A stretch of 64,000 bases of DNA from an uncultured delta proteobacterium. GTDB taxonomy: Bacteria > Desulfobacterota > Binatia > UBA9968. Below are positions 55,322-64,000 of this stretch, in pieces. The translations under genes were made by a program, and so were the position numbers. Position 1 is the stretch's first letter; each line of letters starts with the position of its first letter. The stretch is taken from the NCBI GenBank assembly GCA_963847445.1, contig CAWJZV010000018.1:64001-128000 (forward strand), read 5' to 3'. The notes below the pieces were generated by a model. That model saw only the letters and a list, made by a program, of their open reading frames with translations, did no database searches and had not been told where the DNA came from.

Positions 55322-56574
55322 CTATCTGCGTCGCCCGCCGCCACCGCCGCCTCTGGCACCGCCGCCGCCACCGCCGCCCCGGCTGGCGCTGCCCCGTTGG
55401 CTCGCGCTCCTCGCCGAGCTGCCACCGCGATCGACGCCTTCAAAGGCACCGCCGCCACTTCCACCCCCGCCGCGATCCGCTGCACCCGCCCGTTCACCAC
55501 CGCCTGCCTGACTCGCTCCCCCACGATCCGCTGCTGCCGCTCGATCGCCGCGCCTGACTGACTCGCTCTCCCCCGCCTGCTGTGTCGCTTGCTGTCTATT
55601 TTGCTGTTGCTGGCCTTGCTGCACAGTTTGTTGCTGCTGCGCTTGCTGCGCGCGTTGTTGCGCCTGCTGCTGTTCCGTTGGGGTCAACGCACTGAACCTG
55701 TGTGACCTCGGTAAGCCTGCCGCGCTTGCACCTGTTGAGAAGGGGTCGCTTGGTTATAGCGCTGCTGGACGGTTTGGTTGCTGTAGTTCTGCCGGTTGAT
55801 GTTGTTATTGATGTTGACGTTTTGGCTATTATTGATGTTGACGTTGCCGCTGTTGTAGTTGGTATTGCCCCAGGCGTAACCCCAGGCGGCGCCTAAGGCG
55901 ACTCCGGATGCAAAGGCGAATGCAGTCGTCGTGGCCACATATCCAGGAGGATAATAGTAATAGGGCGGATAGGCAGGATACGCCCAGGCGCCATACACCA
56001 CCGTGGGATTATAGGTCGGCACATAGATCACCTGGGGATTGGCAGGCTCGATCTTGATGATCTTTTCTTCGACGATGACGGTTTGCTCTTTGGTCGTCTT
56101 GAGATTGCCGGCCGCTTGCGCCTTGGCGCGCAGACGCTGGATGGTATCCAAGACCGGCTTTTGTTGCCCGAGAAAAGCTTCCCCCAGTTTCTGAGTCCAA
56201 TCCAGTTTATCGTTCATCATCGTCAGCACCTGGGGAAAATTGACCAGCGATTTGACGCTCGGATCCCAGCTTTGCGATTCGAGCGCTTTGGTCAAAGCCT
56301 CGCCTTTGAGACTTGCGTTCTGTTTGCCAAATCGCTCGGCCTGGACCACTTCGAGCGGAAACGTCGAAGCCATCAATATTTGCGCGATCAATGAATCGGG
56401 ATAAAGCGCGATCGGCGCTAGTATTTGATCCAATTCTTCCTGCTTGAAAGTCGGCGGCGCCGCCGGTGACTGCGTCGGTGCTGCCGGTTGCTGCGTCAGG
56501 ACCGTCGGCGGCGCTGCCAGGAGCAGAATCATCGCCCAGGCCAATGGCCGCACAAAGAGGTTTTTGGTGAACAT
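55322..56574 (-). CDS. DUF3300 family protein with N/Q/G-rich low-complexity tail
   Basis: ELDQILAPIALYPDSL, WDPSVKSL, WTQKLGEAF, IYVPTYNP. The tail continues after a shift near 55690. Confidence 0.9.
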
Positions 56575-56746
56575 GGTCGCTCCTTATTCTTTCACTTTCG
56601 CTACTCAGTTATCGGACGATCAGGAACGGATGCCAGGCGCTAAGACCTATTTAAACTCGCTCCCGGTCACTTGCCTTATATCGCCTGTCACTCGAACACT
56701 CGACTCTCAGTGTAGCTTCACCCGTTTGCGTGACTGCAAATTGCGC

Positions 56747-56830
56747 TCACGTCAATTTTAAACCGATCCCCGACGGCCCCGCGGTGAGCTGCGTGCCGGA
56801 CTCTTGCGACGACAGCGCGATGACCACGCC
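56747..56830 (-). pseudogene. 3'-end remnant paralogous to the DUF1134-like domain of 41371-43047
   Basis: Reads GVVIALSSQESGTQLTAGPSGIGLKLT* versus GVVISLSSQESGTQLTAGPSGISLKLR*. Confidence 0.8.
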
Positions 56831-57164
56831 CCTGCCAATGCGCGACTTCGGCGGCATTGCAATAATTGACTTGACGCTTTTATTAGATTCCTCTGGTTAA
56901 AGTTAATTGAGCACAAATTATTTCGATTGTCATGCGAATTCTAAAGCGCCGTGCAAAGCCGAAGCTGATGAACGCAGGTTTTTCGTCACAAATCGTCGCC
57001 GGCAACTTCCCCTGTCGCTTAAGCTAAGCCATGATGGCGCTGCAAAACATTTCCCTCGCGTCTATGCACAATTTTCGCGAGATCAGTTACCCCGCTACTC
57101 AAAAGAAAATATCATCCGCAAAATTGGCCATTCGCTCCCATCATCGGCCGGGCATTGAGAACGA

Positions 57165-57565
57165 CTATGTCTCTTCCGAGCCCGTATTGAGAGCCGCGCG
57201 CAATGTTTTAATCAACAATTCGTCGTCGAAGGGCTTGCGCAAAAAAGGCCACCGCCCCGGATGCCAACGCCCGCTCGCGCACGCCGACCTCGTCATGAGC
57301 TGTGATAAAGATGATCGGCAAAGCATTTCCAGCTTGCGCGAGCCACGCCTGCACCTCCAAGCCGGTCATTCCGGGCATTTGCACGTCGAGGATCGCGCAA
57401 TCGGCGTGAAACGACGGTAACCGTTTCTATGAGTTTTGTAAACTGTGCGCCCGAGTTGAACGTTTCGGCGTTCATATCGAGTGATCGGACCAACCGCTTG
57501 ATGGCGCGACAGACGGATACGTCGTCGTCCTAGACGATCGCGATAAGAGGTTTGCGTTTGTCCAT
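57165..57565 (-). CDS. Single-domain response regulator (in-frame TAG plus frameshift; pseudogene or consensus error)
   Basis: MDKRKPLIAIV*DDD, CAILDVQMPGMTG, IIFITAH, FLRKPF. Confidence 0.75.
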
Positions 57566-57657
57566 GAACCGTCGCTATCCAAAACCTATCGCGAACGGTT
57601 TGAAATCCGCGATTGATCTCTGTGCGGCGAATCTATCGGAGCAAAAGCAAACTGTAT

Positions 57658-57674
57658 ATTGGACCTTAGTCCAA
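57658..57674. promoter_or_regulatory. Palindromic operator, copy 6 (about 95 bp upstream of the single-domain regulator)
   Basis: TGTAT-ATTGGAC-CTTA-GTCCAA. Confidence 0.7.
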
Positions 57675-57883
57675 CATCAGGCTTGGGCAGGTGCATGACT
57701 TGGCGGCGCTCACGGGTTGGCGATCCGCCGGCCGGAATCGTCGCGACGGGAAATCAATCGATCGTGGCAATCAACCGGCATTTCGCGATCGGGGATGGAC
57801 CCCGGTCGCGACCAAGGGGATGTTAACCCCCTTTGGAAACCCCTGCAATTTTGCTCCCGCAGCAAGCTGCGGGGAATATTAGA

Positions 57884-58507
57884 TTAAACCGGCTGAGACT
57901 CTTTAGGCCGGATCCCGAGCTTTTCCGCAAAGCGTACCAGATCCGCCACGGACGCGGCCCGCATCTTGACCATGACCCTGGCACGGTGCACTTTAACGGT
58001 TTTTTCCACGGTGCCGAGCTCGTGAGCGATTTGCTTATTGAGCAATCCGGTCACCACGAGAGCCATCACTTCTTGCTCGCGTGGAGTCAGGCTGTCGAAG
58101 CATGCTTGCAGCTGTTTTGTTTCCGCCAAATCCTTGCTCTCGAGTGCCGCGCGCGCCAGTGCCTGATCGATGGCGCCGAGCAGCACTTTACTCTGCACCG
58201 GCTTGGGCAGAAAATCGACGGCGCCGGCTTTCATGGCCCGGACGCTCATCGGAATATCGCCGTGCCCGGTGATGAAGATGATCGGGATCGGCATATTCGC
58301 CGCGCGCATGGCGTTCTGAAGCTCCAAGCCGTTGAGGCCCGGCATGCGCACGTCGAGCACGAGGCAGGCGACGCCGGGGGCTGCGGGCGTTGACGCGATA
58401 AACTCATGCGCCGATGCGAAGGTCTTGATTTCATAGCCCGCAGCGCGAATCAGCCGCGCCAGCGCTTTGCGCACCGAATTGTCGTCATCGACCAAATAGA
58501 CCGTCAT
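57884..58507 (-). CDS. FixJ/NodW/TodT-family response regulator (REC + LuxR HTH)
   Basis: VDDD, LDVRMPG, ITGHGDIPMSVRAMKAGAVDFLPKP, LTPREQEV, GLLNKQIA, TVKVHRARVM. Confidence 0.93.
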   Translation of the reverse strand: MTVYLVDDDNSVRKALARLIRAAGYEIKTFASAHEFIASTPAAPGVACLVLDVRMPGLNGLELQNAMRAANMPIPIIFITGHGDIPMSVRAMKAGAVDFLPKPVQSKVLLGAIDQALARAALESKDLAETKQLQACFDSLTPREQEVMALVVTGLLNKQIAHELGTVEKTVKVHRARVMVKMRAASVADLVRFAEKLGIRPKESQPV

Positions 58508-61500
58508 GTGGGACTCACGGAGATTTTCTCAGCATCGGCAAATACCGGCAAAACCAGATGGAATGTTGCGCCGCGATCCTGGTTGTTCTCCGCCCACAAG
58601 TGTCCGCCGTGGGCTTCAACAATCGACCGGCTAATCGACAATCCCATCCCCAACCCTTCTTTCTTAGTGGTAAAGAAAGGCTCAAAGATTCTGTCAAGCT
58701 TGTCATTCGTCAACCCGGTGCCGCCGTCGCGAACGGCCACTTCCACCACGCCCATGCCGTCAGAGTGAAGTCGCACGGACACCCGCCGCTCGTCGGTTCG
58801 ACATTCCTTCATTGCGTCAAACGCGTTGAGGAGCAGATTGAGCAGGACCTGTTGCAACTGTATTCTATCACCACGGACGGAGGGGACTCCGTCGCCGGGT
58901 TGGTAATCCAACTGGACGTTTCGCAAATCCGCATCGCCGTGCACTAACGATAAGACATCGCGGATAACCGCCGGGAGATCCAGGCGCGCGAACGTCAGTT
59001 CTTCCTTCCTCACGAGCGCGCGGATTTTGCGAATGATTTCGGCGGCGCGATTGTTGTCTTCGACGATGTCTTTGAGAATATCGCGCACCTCGTCGAGGTT
59101 AAAAGCTGGGTTCATGAGGAATCTTTGCGCTGCCTGGGCGTTGCTCAAGATAGCCGTGAGCGGCTGGTTCAACTCGTGCGCCAAAGAAGCCGTTAATTCA
59201 CCCATCAACGAAACGCGCGTGACGTGGGCCAAGTCTTCACGCTGTCGCTGCAGTTCGATTTCCATCAGCTTGCGCCGGGTAATGTCCGTCGACGCGCCCA
59301 AGACCTGATCCGCCACGCCATTTTTTCCGCCTATGGGGCGCTTGACCGTTTGCAACCAGCGAATCTCGCCGCGAGCGTCGGTTAAGTGCTCCTCCGGCAC
59401 AAAGCGCTCTTGGAGGTTGTCGATCACCTCCAGATCCATGCGGTGAAAATATTCGACTTCATCGCGGTTCGGATTGAAATCCGCGTCGGTTTTGCCGATC
59501 AGCCCTTCCACTGTCGTGCCGTAGGCGTCGGCGACCGCTTGATTGACCAGCGTGAATCGTCCATCGCGATCTTTGGCAAAAATAAAATTCGGATCGATAT
59601 CGATGACTTGGCGCAGAAAAGCACGCTCCTTTTCCAACTCCTCCTCGGCTTGCTTACGCGCGCTGATATCGACGATCACCGTTAGCACGAAAAGACCGTC
59701 CTCGCGTATGAATCGGATTCGAGCCGATCTCCACGAGAAATTCACTGCCGTCTTTACGCTGGGCAAATAAGTCCCGGCCGGCGCCCATCGCTCTCGTCTG
59801 CAGCGCGGCAAAGAATCCTGCCCGATGAGCCGGATGGCCGCCACGAAACCGCTCCGGCACAAGCATCTCTATCGATTGTCCGATCAGTTCGTCGCGAGAG
59901 TAACCAAACAGCACTTCCATCTGCCGGTTGACGAGCACGATCCGACCTCGCTCGTTCACCATGACGTTAGCGTTCGGCGACGCTTCAACGGCCAGTCGGA
60001 ATCGTTCTTCGCCGCGTTTGAGCTCGGCTGATATCGATGGCAGTGCCGATATAACCGAGGAAGGTGCCATCGGCTTCAAAGCGCGGCACGCCGTGATCGA
60101 GCACCCAGCAATACTCGCCGTCGTTTCTCCGCAAGCGGTATTCCATCGAAAACTCTTGCCGCGCGTGGAAAGCATTAGCGTAGAGTGGCAAGACAGCGGT
60201 CCAAGTCTTCGCGGTGCACGCCCTCCGCCCAGCCGTTGCCGAGCTCCTGCTCCAGCGTACGGCCGGTAAAGTCGAGCCAGCCTTTGTTGAAAAAGGTGCA
60301 AAGCTTGTCCGTGCCCGACATCCAGATCATTACCGGCGCTGCGTTGGCCACGGTGCGAAAACGTTCCTCGCTCTCGCGCATGGCCTGCTCGCTCCGTTTG
60401 CGCTCGGTGACGTCAAGCATAAGGCCGCGAAGCTGCAATGGCTCGCCAGCTTTACGGTGACAGTTGACGATGTCGTGGACCCAGACGCACCTCCCCCGAC
60501 AGTCTGACCATGCGATACTCGAAATCGAAATCTTCAGCGCTCTGGCTCATGGTCGAACAGGTGTCGATCGCCCGTTGCCGATCATCCGGGTGGATATGCG
60601 AGATCCAAAAATCTTTCTCGTACCATTGCTCGAGCGGATAGCCGAGCAGCTTGACCGCCTGTGGAGTGACATAGGTAAACCGCCAACTCTCCATATCGGC
60701 TTGCCAAATGACCGCCGCGGTGGTTTCCACCAAACGACGAAGATTCTCCTCGCTCTCGCGCAGCACCGCTTCCATCCTTTTGCGTTCGGTGATGTCTAAT
60801 AAGACACCCATCCTGTGCACGCCACGGCCGCCCACTACGTTAACGGTCGATCCTTTCGCTAACACCCAGCGCTCCCTGCCGTCGCCGAAGTTGGGTGCGA
60901 AACTCGCCTTCAAACGGCGCGTTGGCTTCCTGGGCGCGCTCGACTTCGGCTACGACTCGCACTCTGTCATCAGGATGAATGCGCGCAAGTATGTCGCCCG
61001 CCCGGACGGGTTCATTCGGACTGATACCGAGCTCCGCACGCAGCACCGAGTTAACCCAGACATCGTCTCCTTTGAGATCGCGCGCCCACAAGCCCAACCC
61101 ACCCGCGCGGGTCGCCATTTCCAGCAATTCCTGGCTATCCCGAAGCTCTTTTTCGGCCCGGCGCCGGCTTAATCGATTCAAGACCAAGCCGGTAATCAAA
61201 CCGGCTTGCAGCAAGAAAACCACCAGCGCACCAACGATATACCAGGGATGTTGCTCCCATATCGAGGCGGATCGGAAGCGAACGATACTGTTTTGCGGCA
61301 GGCGACTTTCGCTGATGCCCCAGCGTTTTAAAGCGCGCCAGTCGAAGATCGGCACGCCGTTCGTCAGTATCTCCAAGGGCAAGGACTTGGGCGCGGCACC
61401 GCTCAGAATCGTTCGGCCAGTTCACCGGCCCGCTTTCCTAGTGCCGGGATATTTGCGACCGAGCCGCCGACTGCGCCTGTGCCGAGACCAGGGTCTGTCA

Positions 61501-62359
61501 TGAGATAAACGGGAACATTGGACACCTTGGCGACCGCCTGAGCCGCCTGCGATGAGTTGACGGCCCGGCCCGCGCCATCGCGAAACATCCGGGTGAAAAG
61601 AATCGCGGTTCGGGGAGACAGAACCGTCACGGCTTGCAGGATCTCGACCATCGAGCGTTTGTCCCACACCTCGAACTCGACCCTTCCGGCAAACGAACGC
61701 GCCGCCAGCGTTGCTCGGGCCATGACTTGACGATCCACCTCGGCGACCCCGCCGATGAGCAAGATGCGCTGTATTTCCGGCTGCAACCGGAGAATCAACT
61801 CGATTGTTCCGCCGGGATCGGAGCGTTGAACGATTCCGGTTAAATCTTGGCTAACTTTCGACCTCGACAGTTCCTCCTCGCTCAAGCCGACGGCGACCAC
61901 AGGAGTGCCCGGAAAGATATCGTTAAGCAGTTGCCGCGCGACGACCAAGTTGCCGACAAAAACCAGCACGATCACATCTGGAACATCGTCAACGTATTTA
62001 TTGCGCAAGTAATCGCGGAAAAGCCAATGAAAGCTTTTGCTCGGAAAGCGAACGATATCGAGATACTCGGAATAAAACTCAAGGTCGCCGGCGTGCAGCT
62101 TGCGCAATTCGTCAATCACGCTTTGCTCGACAATCGGAAACCCCGGCGAGAACCGGCTTCCGGTCGACAGCACCAACACTCGTTTGGCGCGGGGGGAATC
62201 TGCGCCGAGGACGCGACCGGCCGCGGCCAAGCCGGCAAGCATACACAGGAGACAAATAAGCCACCGCCTTAAGAATAGGCCTGGGCGGATCTTGGTTAGG
62301 ATAGTGTCGGAAGCTGCCACGGTCTCGGTGACTTTACGAACACACCCCGCGGGAATCAA
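58504..62359 (-). CDS. Multi-PAS sensor histidine kinase with N-terminal periplasmic binding-protein-like domain (frameshifted)
   Basis: Periplasmic YSEYLD...VGGSV...[13 protein letters not shown], about five PAS/PAC units, [30 protein letters not shown]. Confidence 0.88.
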
Positions 62360-62793
62360 GCGTCAGCCCGATGGGCAAAGCGTTTTTGGGAGAAGCGCAG
62401 GTCGGTTTCGTCCGCTAACCATTCGATCGCCCGGCTCGACTCGCAGAAAGCCGCGACGTCAATTCCCAGTTGCGACACCGGCAACGTTAGTTGGCGCAAT
62501 CCATGGTATTGCTCTGGATGCGGCGTTGTCACCATGGCGAGCTTCAACTTGCCAACGGCAGTCCACGGAAAAATGCTTAGCTCAGCCTTCAATTCGACAA
62601 GATCTTCGAGTCCGAAGTCGCACGTAATATCCTGGAGATCGAGCAATACTTTACAACCGTTGAGAGGCTCAGTGAGTTCGCCAATCGCCTGCATGAGCCG
62701 CAGAAAGGCCTGCCGATCCAAGAGTCCGCGGACGACGATGTCTAGACAATTCCCATTATTTTGCCGGCAAAACAGGTTGACCTGATTATTCAT
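62356..62793 (-). CDS. Hypothetical protein (STAS/SpoIIAA-like pattern)
   Basis: VRGLLD, KVLLDLQD, KLAMV, AAF...AIEWL; overlaps the kinase start. Confidence 0.6.
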   Translation of the reverse strand: MNNQVNLFCRQNNGNCLDIVVRGLLDRQAFLRLMQAIGELTEPLNGCKVLLDLQDITCDFGLEDLVELKAELSIFPWTAVGKLKLAMVTTPHPEQYHGLRQLTLPVSQLGIDVAAFCESSRAIEWLADETDLRFSQKRFAHRADA

Positions 62794-62884
62794 GCATAAT
62801 CGTTTAAAACCTAGAGGGCTGATTGTCTTGACTTTCCATGACACTCGATTGACAGCTGGGGCCCGATCAGGCAAACCAAAGACC

Positions 62885-63923
62885 GTGGCTAAACTTCATG
62901 CGCCTCGACCGTTAATTTCCAGCAGCGTAACCACAGGCCTGCTCGATGCCATCGCCGCTACAGGCGCCGATCCCGATCAAGTTCGGCAATCGTTAGCGCT
63001 CGACTTCACCGCCTTGTCCGATGCCGAAGGGTTTATTGCTTGTGTGGATTTTGCTCGTTTACTGGAAGAAATCGCGCAAGCGACCGGCGACGAGATGCTT
63101 CGGGCTCCATTTCGGCGCGCGCAGCAACCCCAAAAATATCGGTCCGCTCGTCTATGCGGTTCTCAACTCGCCGACCATTGCCGTCGCTTGCGAAACCGCG
63201 GCGCGTTACCTCCATGTGCACAATCAAGCTTTAAAATTGTCTTTAAATATTGATGATGAGCTCGCGAAATTCACTTACTCTTATGCTCACATCGGTGTGG
63301 AAAAGCCGCGCCAGTTCAGTGAATTTACCATGGCGGGCACGCTGAACACTTTTAGAATCATGGCGGGCAGTCAATGGTCGCCGAGAGAAATTCAATTTGC
63401 CCACGATCCGCCGGAGTCGAACACCGAGCATCTTCGAGTTTTCGGCGCTCCGGTTATTTTTCGCTGCGCCAGCAATGCGCTGATCATGGAACGCGAATTT
63501 CTCGATCAAACGGTTCCGTCTGCGGATCATCGCCTATACGGAATATTGACCCACTATCTCGGCGAGGTGCTTAATAGAATGCCGACTGAGAACGGGGTCA
63601 TTGCCACGATCCGAAAGGCGATCGGCGAATCACTGAAAAACGGCACGCCAAAACTCGCCCGCGTGGCGAAATCAATCGCGCTGAGCCCACGAACACTCCA
63701 GCGACGACTGGAAAAACATGGCCTCGACTTTAAACAGTTAGTGGACGACACCCGCCATCAGTTTGCGCTGGAATATTTAAGGGACCAGGAAAACACGCTG
63801 ACACAAATTGCCTTCCTGTTGGGCTATTCGGAAGTGAGCGCGTTTAACCGCGCATTCAAAAGATGGACGGGTTCACCGCCGCAGCACTATCGCAGCGCCT
63901 CGGAAGTCGTGCCTAAACAGTAG
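62885..63923 (+). CDS. AraC family transcriptional regulator (Arabinose_bd_2 + HTH_18; frameshifted)
   Basis: FGLHFG, YAVLNSPT, FGAPVIF, SPRTLQRRL, IAFLLGYSEVSAFNRAFKRWTG. Confidence 0.92.
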
Positions 63924-64000
63924 GAGAGAGAATAGCCCCAGCTCAGACGTAGCCCTGGTTTTTTCTTCGAGCCGGGCAAGCGCGGCTTCAGCCTGAATTG

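Noticed and set aside
55322-55690. Separate Q/G-rich 121-aa protein
   Set aside because: Best read as the low-complexity tail of DUF3300 split off by an indel
57528-57536. In-frame TAG in the response regulator as pyrrolysine or recoding
   Set aside because: It is an extra codon in AIV-DDD rather than a replacement of a conserved residue, and the gene has another shift; error or decay is likelier
30885-57674. CRISPR interpretation of the recurring palindromes
   Set aside because: Copies are dispersed kilobases apart with no regular repeat-spacer period and no cas genes
1-64000. Widespread pseudogenisation or programmed frameshifting
   Set aside because: Indels hit even central genes such as korA, lack consistent slippery motifs and leave the protein motifs intact; sequencing or consensus error is more parsimonious

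Overview
GC-rich bacterial genomic window with no rRNA, tRNA, CRISPR array or transposase. The gene content (orphan COG2984 binding-protein paralogs, amidohydrolase, molybdopterin oxidoreductase) and the repeat style suggest Candidatus Binatia or a related deltaproteobacterial lineage (inference). About half of the genes carry 1-bp frameshifts typical of an imperfect long-read consensus, so coordinates join ORF fragments. Left part (1-21 kb): catabolic genes, a four-copy tandem array of ABC-type substrate-binding proteins, a 2-oxoacid:ferredoxin oxidoreductase, and a putative operon ending in a sulfide:quinone-reductase-like flavoprotein. That flavoprotein has an in-frame UGA at its second catalytic Cys position, followed 11 nt later by a SECIS-like hairpin, making it a candidate selenoprotein. 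Right part (22-64 kb): an envelope/sulfatase island (two arylsulfatases, DUF3604-PPIase-HupE/UreJ, octaheme-TPR protein, porins, MscS, DUF3300/DUF2950, SYLF, OmpA, patatin) ending in a multi-PAS kinase, a FixJ-like regulator and AraC. Six copies of a TTGGAC-N4-GTCCAA-type palindrome lie in its intergenic regions. Many spacers hold nested palindromic repeats, including a CT-flanked element inserted twice at the same site of a host palindrome, and one palindrome inside a coding sequence.
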